DNA of 29,732 nt, from assembly GCA_044222475.1 (NCBI GenBank), contig JBGANF010000101.1:1-29732 (forward strand). The letters run 5' to 3'. A program made the position numbers and the translations under genes. Origin of the DNA: Polyangiaceae bacterium. GTDB taxonomy: Bacteria > Myxococcota_A > Polyangia > Polyangiales > Polyangiaceae. Shown piece by piece: positions 8,765 to 17,626 of this stretch (position 1 is its first letter; each line of letters begins with the position of its first letter). The notes beneath the pieces are model-generated. The model was not told the DNA's origin and did no database searches. It saw only the letters and a program-made list of their open reading frames with translations.

Positions 8765-9922
8765 TCACTTCCAGACGGAGGTTCCCGTTCCCTGGTGCCC
8801 CGACCAGCGGACGTAGAAGTCCTTCATCTCCGTCGCCGTGAGCTCCACGAAGCCGACCTCCGAGAACGGATCGCCGACGACGTAGTTCGCGCCGTCCTTT
8901 CCGAGCACGAGGATCGAGTGGTAGCCGTCGAACCCGTAGGTCGAGTGGTAGAGCGTCTGCCCGGCCTTGATCGCGGCCGCGTACGCCCGGTTCATCGCCT
9001 TCTGGTACGTCGACGGCGTACCGCTCCCGTCGCCGGTCTTCCCCTCGAGCACGACGAGGCGCTTCTTCGCGAGCTGACCGTCGATGCGGGTGAGCGCACC
9101 CGACGCGGAGAGGCCCGCGTCGTTCAACGCGAGCATCGAGAGCTTGAGCTTCGTCGCCGCTTGTTGGATCTGCAGGCGCGACGTCGGCCCGTCGTCGTGC
9201 GTCACCGGCGAGGCGTACGAGAGTCGCACGCGGTGGATGCTCTCCTCGATGCTGAGGCCCGACGGCTCGTTTCCGAGAATTCGAACCGCCATCGCGAGGC
9301 TGGTGGGCGCGCAGTTACCAGAGTGGGACGGTCCGTCCTTGTTCCACGTGACGCGGTGGATCTGGTGCTTGAAGAACGCGTTGCGGTTGGACGCGCGCAG
9401 CGCGAAGTCGACAGGGTCGACCTTCGAGTCGATGACGACGAGCTTGCTCGCGAGGATCCAGCCGGATTTTCCGTCGTACCCGACGTGGTAGTAGCCCGCG
9501 TTCTTCGTCGCGTCCTCGAGCACGACGACCTGCGCGGGGCTCACGTAGCCGAGCGGGCTTCCCCAGAGGTGCACGCCGTCGTCGGGCACGCCGCCGTTGG
9601 GCGCGGCGCTCGTCACGAGCGCGCCGGTCGCGCTCGGCGTCTTTCGGAACGGCGCGTAGGTCTTCACGAGGAGACGCGCGCCGACGGCGAGCGCCGGTGG
9701 GGCTCCCGCGTCGGCGACGGGATCGGGGTCGACCGGATCGGCGCACTGGTCGAGATCCACGCACGGGTCCGGCGCGACGACGGGATCGTCGCCGCCGAGA
9801 TCGGTGCCGGTTCCGGGATCGTCGCTCGCCGGGTTCGCGGCTTCGTCCGAGCTGCAGCTCACGCACGCGGCTGCGACGAGCGCGCCCGCGATCACCACCC
9901 ACGCCGTCCTGGTCTGCTTCAT
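8765..9922 (-). CDS. Exported protein with SH3b-like domain and C39-like (papain-fold) cysteine peptidase domain
   Basis: Signal/lipoprotein-like N-terminus (MKQTRTAWVVIAGALVAAAC), acidic linker, 'GYYHVGYDGKSGWI' SH3b pattern, triad motifs 'NCAPTSLAM', 'YHSILVLG', 'VGDP'. Confidence 0.75.
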   Translation of the reverse strand: MKQTRTAWVVIAGALVAAACVSCSSDEAANPASDDPGTGTDLGGDDPVVAPDPCVDLDQCADPVDPDPVADAGAPPALAVGARLLVKTYAPFRKTPSATGALVTSAAPNGGVPDDGVHLWGSPLGYVSPAQVVVLEDATKNAGYYHVGYDGKSGWILASKLVVIDSKVDPVDFALRASNRNAFFKHQIHRVTWNKDGPSHSGNCAPTSLAMAVRILGNEPSGLSIEESIHRVRLSYASPVTHDDGPTSRLQIQQAATKLKLSMLALNDAGLSASGALTRIDGQLAKKRLVVLEGKTGDGSGTPSTYQKAMNRAYAAAIKAGQTLYHSTYGFDGYHSILVLGKDGANYVVGDPFSEVGFVELTATEMKDFYVRWSGHQGTGTSVWK

Positions 9923-10027
9923 GGGTGACGTCCTAGCACATAAAAGCAAACGATCGTTTTTATTTCTGTCGCGCCGTCGGTTGCCCAAAAGTTGGCCTCT
10001 TCTCCCGCCATCCGTAGGGTCCGTGCC

Positions 10028-12628
10028 ATGGGCGGTGCCAACGGCGGGGACACGGACAAGGGAAAGGTCGTCGAGGCGGCGGCCTTCGACACGCCGCGCG
10101 TCTTCGGGCGGCTTCTGCTCTTGAAGCTCCTCGCGCGGGGCGGGATGGGGGACGTCTACCTCGCGGCGACCACCGGGATCGAAGGGGCGGAGCGCGCGTG
10201 CATCGTGAAGACGATCCGCCGCGACCACATCCACGACGGCTCGTTCCTCGCGCGCTTCCTCGACGAAGCCCGCGTCCAGTCCCAGCTCAGTCACCCCGGC
10301 GTCGCGCAGGTTCTCGAGGCCACGGTCGACGAGAACGGCGAGCCGTTTACCGTCGTCGAGTACGTCGAGGGCCGCTCGCTCTCCGACGTGAGGCAGCGCG
10401 TGATCCAGAACGGCGCTCGGGTCGGCTGGCCCGAGGCGGTCGCGATCGGGATCGAGATGGCCGTCGCGCTCGCGCACGTCCACGAGCGCTCCGCGGCCGA
10501 CGGCACTCCGCTCGGCATCGTGCACCGTGACCTGTCCCCGCAGAACGTGATGATCGGCTACTCGGGCGAGGTGAAGCTCATCGACTTCGGCACGGCGCGC
10601 GGTCACAACCGCAAGTGCCACACAGTCGCCGGCGTCGTCTTCGCCAAGCCGGGGTACGTCGCCCCCGAGGTCGCCCGCCAGCAGATCGGCGACGGGCGCA
10701 TCGACGTCTACGCGCTCGGCATCATGGTGTGGGAGCTCATCGCCGGACGCCGCTACATCACCGGCGACCAGCAGAAGCACCTCGAAGAAGCGGCGGCGGG
10801 CACGCTGACTCTGCCCAAGCTCGCGAAGGACTTCGGCGCGCCCGATCGGCTCGACGAGATCCTGGAGAAGCTCACGATGAGCGATCCCGACGAGCGCTAC
10901 GCGAGCGCGGGTCTCGCCGCAGCCGACCTCGGCAAGCTCCTCGCGATGGCACCGGCCGGGCCGGGCGGCGAGCGCAGCGTGCGCGGCCGCGTCGCCACCC
11001 TGATGCGCGCCCTCTGGCCGCAAGAGCCGGCGCGCTCGCGCTCCGAGTTCATGCGTCTGCTCAAGGACGCTCGCCGTCTCCGCCGCGGGACCGACACGCC
11101 GTCGTCGCCCGACGTCGCGGCCAAGGCGGCCGAGCACATGAACGACGGCGCCGGGATCCTCGGTGGCACGCCGTACCGGCTCGTCGACAAGATCGGCGAG
11201 GGCGCGAGCGGCGTCGTCTGGTCGGCCGAGCACATGGAGCTCGGGCGCAAGGTCGCGATCAAGCTCCTCGCGCAGGAGCACGGGTCGGCCAAGGACGCGA
11301 TCGATCGCTTCCGCCGCGAGGCGCGCACGGTGGCGGGGCTCTCGCATCCCAACTTGGTATCGCTCTACGACTTCGGGAAGGCGAGCGACGGGCGAGTGTT
11401 CCTCGCGATGGAGCTCCTCGAGGGCGAGCCGCTCGACCACATCGTGAAGGCGCGTCGCATCGGCTGGCGCGAGGCCGTCACGCTCGCGATCCAAGCGACG
11501 CGCGCCCTGGAAGCCGCCCACTCGGCCGGCCTCGTGCACCGCGACCTCAAGCCGGCGAACCTGTTCCTCACCGACCAGGGCACGCTCAAGCTCCTCGATT
11601 TCGGCGTCGCCATGGCGCTCTCCGATCTCGCCGCTCCGGCCGAGGGCGAGAAGAAGCAGCGCGGCTTCGCGATCTTCGGGACGCCGGAGTACATGGCGCC
11701 CGAGCAGATCGGCGGCGAGTCCGTCGACGGTCGGTGCGATCTGTACGCGCTCGGCTGCGTCCTCTACGAGCTCCTCACCGGCGAGCGGCCCTTCTCGGGT
11801 CGCTCCAGCGTGGAGGTGCTCGGGAAGCAAGTGCGCGAAGAGGCCGTCCCGCCGAAGCTGCGGGCCCCCGACCGCGACATCCCCGAGGAGGTCGAGGCGA
11901 TCGTCGTCCGTGCGATGCGCAAGCAGCGGAGCGATCGCTTCGCGAGTGCGAGCGAGCTCCGCGATGCGCTCGAAGCGGTCCTCGCTCCGAAGGTCGCCGA
12001 GACGCCCAAGAAGCGCGCGCTCGGCAAGCGCCTCGCCGCCGTCGCCGCGATCGTCGGGGTCATCGCGCTCGTTACGCACGCCGGTGTCGGCGCCGCGCCG
12101 CGCCCCGAGGCGATCGACGAGGTGGCGCCGGATCCGACGATGACTGCAGCCGCCGCGTTGCCGGCTCCCACCGACGGCACGCCCGAGGTCCTTCCCCTCG
12201 CCACGGCGGTCGCGATCGCGCCTGCGCCGACGGCCAGCGATCCGAACGGCGCCGAGCCGAACCGACCGCCGACCCGCTCCACGCCGAAGGAGCGCCTCGC
12301 CGAGGCACGCGCCGCCGCGAAGGCCCATCCGTCGGACGCACGTTTGCTCCACGACTGGGCGAAGGCGGCGATGAAGGCTGGCGACCTGAAGGACGCGCGG
12401 CGCGCGGCCGACGCCTGGTTGCTCCACGATGCGTCGCCCGAGCCGAAGCTCTTCCTCGCCACCGTCCTCGACGCGAGCGGCAAGCGCAACGAAGCGAAGG
12501 CCATCGTCGAGGAGGTCCTCGAGGTGTGGCCCGACTCCAGCGACGCGCGGAAGCTCCACGCGAAGCTCGGCGCGCCGCTCCCCGCGCCGGACACGAGCGC
12601 GAAGCGCACTGCGGTCGCGCGAAACTAG
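10028..12628 (+). CDS. Membrane-anchored Ser/Thr protein kinase with two tandem kinase domains and C-terminal TPR-like region
   Basis: Domain 1: ARGGMG, IVK, HRDLSPQN, DFG, YVAPE; domain 2: GEGASG, VAIK, HRDLKPAN, DFG, GTPEYMAPE; TM 'LAAVAAIVGVIALV'. Confidence 0.93.
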   Translation: MGGANGGDTDKGKVVEAAAFDTPRVFGRLLLLKLLARGGMGDVYLAATTGIEGAERACIVKTIRRDHIHDGSFLARFLDEARVQSQLSHPGVAQVLEATVDENGEPFTVVEYVEGRSLSDVRQRVIQNGARVGWPEAVAIGIEMAVALAHVHERSAADGTPLGIVHRDLSPQNVMIGYSGEVKLIDFGTARGHNRKCHTVAGVVFAKPGYVAPEVARQQIGDGRIDVYALGIMVWELIAGRRYITGDQQKHLEEAAAGTLTLPKLAKDFGAPDRLDEILEKLTMSDPDERYASAGLAAADLGKLLAMAPAGPGGERSVRGRVATLMRALWPQEPARSRSEFMRLLKDARRLRRGTDTPSSPDVAAKAAEHMNDGAGILGGTPYRLVDKIGEGASGVVWSAEHMELGRKVAIKLLAQEHGSAKDAIDRFRREARTVAGLSHPNLVSLYDFGKASDGRVFLAMELLEGEPLDHIVKARRIGWREAVTLAIQATRALEAAHSAGLVHRDLKPANLFLTDQGTLKLLDFGVAMALSDLAAPAEGEKKQRGFAIFGTPEYMAPEQIGGESVDGRCDLYALGCVLYELLTGERPFSGRSSVEVLGKQVREEAVPPKLRAPDRDIPEEVEAIVVRAMRKQRSDRFASASELRDALEAVLAPKVAETPKKRALGKRLAAVAAIVGVIALVTHAGVGAAPRPEAIDEVAPDPTMTAAAALPAPTDGTPEVLPLATAVAIAPAPTASDPNGAEPNRPPTRSTPKERLAEARAAAKAHPSDARLLHDWAKAAMKAGDLKDARRAADAWLLHDASPEPKLFLATVLDASGKRNEAKAIVEEVLEVWPDSSDARKLHAKLGAPLPAPDTSAKRTAVARN

Positions 12629-12936
12629 TCCTCCGGCTCCGCCGTGACGAGGAGCGGCATCCCGCTCTCCTTCGCGAACTTCATGACCTGCTCCGCCTTC
12701 GTCTCGGCGATGTCGCGCGAGTAGACGCCGGCCACGCCCTTGCCCTGGCGGTGCACCGTCATCATGAACTGCGTCGCGAGCGTCTCGTTCATCTGGAAGA
12801 ACTGCTCGAGGACGATCACGACGAACCACTTCGTCGTGTAGTCGTCGTTGTAGAAGACCACGCAGTATCGTCTGGCTTTGGCGACCTTCGGGTCGCGCTC
12901 GAGCACCACGTCACCGTCGCCGTGAGTCGGCTTCAT
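12625..12936 (-). CDS. clpS: ATP-dependent Clp protease adaptor ClpS
   Basis: 'YCVVFYNDDYTTKWFVVIVL', 'MMTVHRQGKGVAGVYSRDIAETK', 'PL..TAEPE'. Confidence 0.93.
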   Translation of the reverse strand: MKPTHGDGDVVLERDPKVAKARRYCVVFYNDDYTTKWFVVIVLEQFFQMNETLATQFMMTVHRQGKGVAGVYSRDIAETKAEQVMKFAKESGMPLLVTAEPED

Positions 12937-12965
12937 GCGCTCCAGTGTAGGCTAGGCTGTGGCAC

Positions 12966-13655
12966 ATGAGTGGCCCCTACCGCGAGCCTGGAGTCGCGAT
13001 GCACGTCCGCGCGACGCGGTGCCTGGCGTGCGGGGCGCGCTGCAGCGGGGAGCGGTGCGCCAGCTGCGGGGTCGATTGCCCGGCCGAAGCGGCGCCGCGC
13101 GCGAGCGAGGTCCGGGCAGACTGTCCCCGGTGCTTCGTCGCGCTCGAGCTGAGCCGATTCCCGGAGTGGGATGCCGGGTTCGTCTACTGCGTCGGCTGCC
13201 ACGGGTGCTTCGTTCCGCCGATCGACTGGGCGGTGATGCTCGACCGCATCGGCCCGTTCGGCCGCGTCCCCGGTGACGAGCTCGCGCCGGTGCCCGAAGG
13301 CGAGGGGCCGCGGGCCGGCGCGCTCGCCGATCGGGTGTCGTGCCCCCTCTGCCGTCAGCCGATGGAGCGTGTGAGCGTCAAGAGCTCGGACGCGCTTCCG
13401 ATCGACATATGCATCATGCATGGAATTTGGTTCGACGCATCCGAGTTGGCCACCGCGCTTCGGGCCGTCGATCGAGGCGAGGAGGCGCTCGTCAGGCCAC
13501 CCGACGTCGCAACCCGAGCGCTCGCCGGGGAGGGCGACCGTATGCCGGTGCCATCCCGGGAAGCTCGACCCCCGTCGGTGGCACCCGAGCGACCCCCGGA
13601 GGCGCGTGGGGTGCTGGTCGCAGTGTTGGAGCGGCTTCGGTCGCTCCTCCAGTAG
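12966..13655 (+). CDS. Multi zinc-ribbon (zf-TFIIB-like) protein
   Basis: Six CxxC pairs including 'CPRC..CVGCHG', 'CPLCRQPM...IDICIMHGIWFDASEL'. Confidence 0.75.
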   Translation: MSGPYREPGVAMHVRATRCLACGARCSGERCASCGVDCPAEAAPRASEVRADCPRCFVALELSRFPEWDAGFVYCVGCHGCFVPPIDWAVMLDRIGPFGRVPGDELAPVPEGEGPRAGALADRVSCPLCRQPMERVSVKSSDALPIDICIMHGIWFDASELATALRAVDRGEEALVRPPDVATRALAGEGDRMPVPSREARPPSVAPERPPEARGVLVAVLERLRSLLQ

Positions 13656-13756
13656 TCCGCCGCTCGACCGCGGCGAGATCCGTCGCCGTCGGGCGGAATC
13701 CGTCGGTTCGTCGGACGCCAGGGCGCGATCGCTCGGAATATCTCCCCTACTCGAGG

Positions 13757-13772
13757 CGGCCCGCGCATTGCA
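13757..13772 (+). promoter_or_regulatory. Putative sigma-54 -24/-12 promoter
   Basis: CGGCCCG-CGCA-TTGCA; GG and GC separated by exactly 10 nt; ATG 13789 lies 18 nt from the -12 C. Confidence 0.55.
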
Positions 13773-13788
13773 TCCGCTCGGCGGGGGG

Positions 13789-15327
13789 ATGGTGAGCGAG
13801 GAGAGTTTGCTCGAAGCCCTGTTCATGAGCGCACCGGACGGCATCCTCTTCGTCAGCGTCGCCGGTCGTGTCGTCCGCGCCAACCCCGCCGCTGCCCGGA
13901 TCTTCGGCTACGCAGAAGCCGAGCTCGTCGGTCTCCCCTTGGAGCAGCTCGTGCCCGACGAGCTGCGCGAAAAGCATGTCGCTCTGCGCCGCGGATACCT
14001 CGAACACGGCCGCCCACGAGCCATGGGCAGCGGGCCTCCTCTCGCGGGCAGGCGAAAGGACGGTGCGCGGGTTCCACTCGACATCATGGTCGGCTCGGCT
14101 CGCTCCGAGGACGGGGTCACGCTCTACGCCGTCTTCCGCGATCTCACCGAGCAGACGCGCGTCGAGGCGAAGCTCCGCCAGGCCCAGGACCTCGAAGCGG
14201 TGGGCCGACTCGCGGGCGGAGTCGCGCACGACTTCAACAACGTGCTGAGCGTCATCCTCGCGACCGTCGACCTCGCCATGCGCTCTCCTTCGCTCGACGA
14301 AGAGACGCGCGCCGACCTCGCGATGGCCAAGGACGCGGGGCGCCACGCCATGACCCTCACCCGTCAGCTCCTCGCGTTCTCGCGAAAGCAGGTGCTCCAA
14401 CCGCGCGATCTCGACCTGAACGAGATCGTCTCCCGGCTCGAGAACGTCGTGCAGCGCATGGTCGGAGAGGACATCGACATCGATCTCCGGCTCACGTCCG
14501 ATCCGGCGCACGTGCGGGCCGACCCGAGTCAGATCGAGCAGGTCATCCTCAACCTCGCGGCGAACGCACGCGACGCCATGCCGGATGGGGGGACGGTAGA
14601 GATCGTCACCACCCACGAGACGCTCGACGCAGAGCAAGCCCGACAGGTGAACGTCGCGCCGGCCACGTACGTCGTCTTGCGAATCTCCGACGTCGGGGTC
14701 GGCATGGACGCCGACACCAGGGCGCGCGCGTTCGAGCCGTTCTTCTCGACCAAAGGACGCCAGGGCGGAACCGGCCTCGGCTTGGCGACCGTTCATGGGA
14801 TCGTCCATCAGAGCGGCGGCGGCATCTCCCTCGAGAGCGCGCCTGGCCGTGGAACGTCGATCACCCTCTACTTCCCCCGCTCTCCATCCGCGACGACCTC
14901 GTCGTCGAAACCCTCGCATCCTCGGCTCTCCTTGAACCTCACGAACGACGAGACCATCCTCGTCATCGAGGACCAGCACGCCGTGCGCAGGGCGCTCGCG
15001 CGCAGCCTCTCCCGCTTCGGGTTCGTGGTGTTGGAGGCGTCCGGTGACGACGCCGTCGCGATCGCACGACAGCACGCCGGAGCCATTCACGTCGTGGTGA
15101 GCGACGTGGTGCTGCCGGGCACCAACGGTCGAGAGCTCGCCGCTCGGATATCTTCGGAGCGCCCCGAAGCGCGGACCATCCTCATGTCGGGGTACACCGA
15201 CGACATGCTCGTGCGCCGTGGTGTTCACGACGACTCGCTGCCGTTCCTCCAGAAGCCATTCTCGTCCGACGCGCTGGTCGCGAAGATTCGGGAGGTGCTC
15301 GGAAAAGCCGATGCGGACCGCGGATGA
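13789..15327 (+). CDS. Hybrid sensor kinase PAS-HisKA-HATPase-REC
   Basis: PAS 'NPAAARIFGY...RRKDG', H-box 'AHDFNN', 'NLAANARDAM', 'GTGLGL', REC 'VVSDVVLPG...FLQKPF'. Confidence 0.93.
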   Translation: MVSEESLLEALFMSAPDGILFVSVAGRVVRANPAAARIFGYAEAELVGLPLEQLVPDELREKHVALRRGYLEHGRPRAMGSGPPLAGRRKDGARVPLDIMVGSARSEDGVTLYAVFRDLTEQTRVEAKLRQAQDLEAVGRLAGGVAHDFNNVLSVILATVDLAMRSPSLDEETRADLAMAKDAGRHAMTLTRQLLAFSRKQVLQPRDLDLNEIVSRLENVVQRMVGEDIDIDLRLTSDPAHVRADPSQIEQVILNLAANARDAMPDGGTVEIVTTHETLDAEQARQVNVAPATYVVLRISDVGVGMDADTRARAFEPFFSTKGRQGGTGLGLATVHGIVHQSGGGISLESAPGRGTSITLYFPRSPSATTSSSKPSHPRLSLNLTNDETILVIEDQHAVRRALARSLSRFGFVVLEASGDDAVAIARQHAGAIHVVVSDVVLPGTNGRELAARISSERPEARTILMSGYTDDMLVRRGVHDDSLPFLQKPFSSDALVAKIREVLGKADADRG

Positions 15328-16192
15328 CCCGCTCACGTTCCCGGCCGGGTCGCGGTTCGTCGTCCACGCCGACGACGAGCCCGTCCCGCTGCCTTCCGCC
15401 GACGTTCCCGCTGGGTTCGTTTGGCCGGCAGCGCACGGTCGCGAGACGCTGCGCGCATCGGCGGGGCAGCCGATTCACGTGCGGCCGGACCTCGTCGGCC
15501 AGCACGGGATGGCCGACGGGAGCGGCCGGAGCGACACGTTGGTGTGTCGCAGCGGAGCGTGGTGCTTCAAGACCTCCGGCCGCCGCCGGTATGCCGACGT
15601 CGACGCAGGGTGCGCGGCGCTCCTGCGATCCGCGCGAGAGAAGACTCTGCTCGGCGACCTGTTCGTCGCCGAGACGGCGCTGGTGCTGCAGCCCGATGGC
15701 CGCGGCACGTATTGGCTCTGGACGGTAGCTCCTTGGCTCACGACGCTCCGGTCGCGCATGAGCGAAGCGACCCGAACCGACGACGAGGCCGCGCTCGGAG
15801 CGGCGCTCGAGGACTTCGCGCGCGCCTCGGTCGACGCCATCGTCCTCGCCGCCACGCGTCGAATCATCCTCGACGTTCACCCGAGCAACTACGCGGCGCG
15901 TGGCGATCGACTGCACTACGTGGATGACGACGTGGCGTTCGGTGAGTCGTTCCCGATGCTCGGTCACGCACTGCTCCGTCGGGTCGAGGAGTACGAGGCG
16001 CGGCCCGGAGCCGTCGCGCGCTACCTCGATGCTCTCGAGTCGGAGATCGCCGCGCGGCTCGACGGACCGGCGATCGTGCGCCTGCGGCTTCGCGACACCC
16101 TCGAGCATTGCTCGGTTCGCTCGGCTGCCGGCTTCGGCGCTCAGGAGCGGCTTCTCTCCCACCTGCGGGCGGTCGCGCGAGGAAGGCGTTGA
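15311..16192 (+). CDS. Atypical protein-kinase-like (PKL fold) protein
   Basis: Gly loop 'GSGRSDTLV', Lys 'CFKT', helix-C-like Glu 'AREK', catalytic loop 'LDVHPSNY', metal-binding 'YVDDD'; paralogous to the C-terminal domain of 26527..28023. Confidence 0.7.
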   Translation: MRTADDPLTFPAGSRFVVHADDEPVPLPSADVPAGFVWPAAHGRETLRASAGQPIHVRPDLVGQHGMADGSGRSDTLVCRSGAWCFKTSGRRRYADVDAGCAALLRSAREKTLLGDLFVAETALVLQPDGRGTYWLWTVAPWLTTLRSRMSEATRTDDEAALGAALEDFARASVDAIVLAATRRIILDVHPSNYAARGDRLHYVDDDVAFGESFPMLGHALLRRVEEYEARPGAVARYLDALESEIAARLDGPAIVRLRLRDTLEHCSVRSAAGFGAQERLLSHLRAVARGRR

Positions 16193-16193
16193 G

Positions 16194-16955
16194 ATGCGGA
16201 TCGCCGTCCTCGCCGACGTGCATGCGAACCTGCAGGCGCTCGATGCCGTGGTCGAGGTGATCGCTAGCAGCGCAGTGGACGGTGTTCTGTGCCTCGGCGA
16301 TCTCGTGGGCTACCACGCCCATCCGGTCGAGGTCGTGAAGCGCGTCCGCGACTTCGCGACCGACGTCATCGCGGGGAACCACGATCGTGAAGCGTCGAGC
16401 CCGAAGGTCTCGAGCACGAACCCTGGCGGCACCACCGCGCCCGCGCGCGTCGCGCTCGAATGGACGCGCGGCCAGCTCGGCCCGGCCGAGCGCGACTATC
16501 TCGCGGGTCTCCCGTCGCGGTTGATCCGGCCCGGTGCGTGGGTTGCGGTTCACGGCTGCTACCTGAACGACGTGCACGTCACTGGGTACGTGACCGAAAC
16601 GATGCTGGAGGAGAACCTTCGCGCGGTGGCGTCCAACCCGGAGCTGCCTCCGTTGGCGTTCTGCGGCCACACCCACGTGCCGATGCTCGGCTTGCTCGAG
16701 GTCGACGCCGTCCGTTCGACGCGCCTCGATGCGCCGTTTCGTTGGCCGAGCTCGGCCCGCGCCGTGCTGGTGAACCCCGGCTCGGTCGGTCAACCGCGCG
16801 ACGGCGACGTCCGCGCTTCGTTCGTCATCGTCGACCTCGACGAGCGCACGGTGACCCCGCGGCGCGTCGCGTACGACGTGGAAGCGGCCGCGCGCGCGGT
16901 CGAGGCGGCGGGGCTGCCGGTCGTGTTCGCCGAGCGTCTGCGCGCAGGCAGGTGA
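16194..16955 (+). CDS. Calcineurin-like metallophosphoesterase
   Basis: DVHAN, GDLVGY, GNHD, VHG, GHTH, NPGSVGQPRD motifs. Confidence 0.93.
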   Translation: MRIAVLADVHANLQALDAVVEVIASSAVDGVLCLGDLVGYHAHPVEVVKRVRDFATDVIAGNHDREASSPKVSSTNPGGTTAPARVALEWTRGQLGPAERDYLAGLPSRLIRPGAWVAVHGCYLNDVHVTGYVTETMLEENLRAVASNPELPPLAFCGHTHVPMLGLLEVDAVRSTRLDAPFRWPSSARAVLVNPGSVGQPRDGDVRASFVIVDLDERTVTPRRVAYDVEAAARAVEAAGLPVVFAERLRAGR

Positions 16956-17615
16956 TCAGGGCTCCTCCCAGTCCGCCGCGTAGCGATCGACGTCGATGCC
17001 GTGCTCGATGAGCGGCCGGCGGTTTCGCTCGCGCGTGATCTTCGGGCTGGCGAGGATCATCCCGCGGATGACCTCTTCGCGGGTGACGAGCTTCCTCGGG
17101 CCCGCGAGCTCCTCGGCCACCGCGACGACGCGCCGCCGCGCGAGGATCCGAAACAGCACCGGCACGCTCTTGAGGAGCGACTTGAGCAGCGCTTCGGCGT
17201 CGGGCTCCCACGTCAGCTCGGTGGGTAGATCGGGATCGAACCCGTACTCGTCCTCGGTGAGGGGGCGCCAGAGGTAGATCGTGTTTCCGTCGGGATCCTG
17301 AACCGCGCCGACGAGCTGCTGATCGGGGGTTCGCGCCGCGGGATAGGCGATGGTCGTCCCATGATGGGACAAGTACTCGATGGCTGCTTCGACCGTGGGC
17401 GTCTGTACGCGGATCGCCACTCGGCTCGCGCTGCGTCGAGTCTCCACGAGTCGCAAAGCGCCCGTCCCGGTGTCGAGATCGGCCCAGCCTTCTCCCTCGG
17501 CTCGGACGACGAAGCCGAGGACGCCGGAGTAGAGGCGCTTCGCGCGCGCGAGATCGCGGACGGGTAGGTCGACGTGGCTCACTCCGAAGAAGGTGATCTC
17601 GTTCGAGGCGCGCAT
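16956..17615 (-). CDS. VOC/glyoxalase-family domain fused to DUF2621-like helical domain
   Basis: 'HVDLPVRDLARAKRLYSGVLGF' and 'DPDGNTI' (VOC); C-terminal 'W..DAEALL...VPVLFR...VIRGMILASPK'. Confidence 0.8.
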   Translation of the reverse strand: MRASNEITFFGVSHVDLPVRDLARAKRLYSGVLGFVVRAEGEGWADLDTGTGALRLVETRRSASRVAIRVQTPTVEAAIEYLSHHGTTIAYPAARTPDQQLVGAVQDPDGNTIYLWRPLTEDEYGFDPDLPTELTWEPDAEALLKSLLKSVPVLFRILARRRVVAVAEELAGPRKLVTREEVIRGMILASPKITRERNRRPLIEHGIDVDRYAADWEEP

Positions 17616-17626
17616 CGTTTCTCCGA

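Noticed and set aside
9923..12829. 1354-aa minus-strand ORF as one gene
   Set aside because: The portion above 9922 is the antisense shadow of the kinase; only the part from ATG 9922 looks like a protein.
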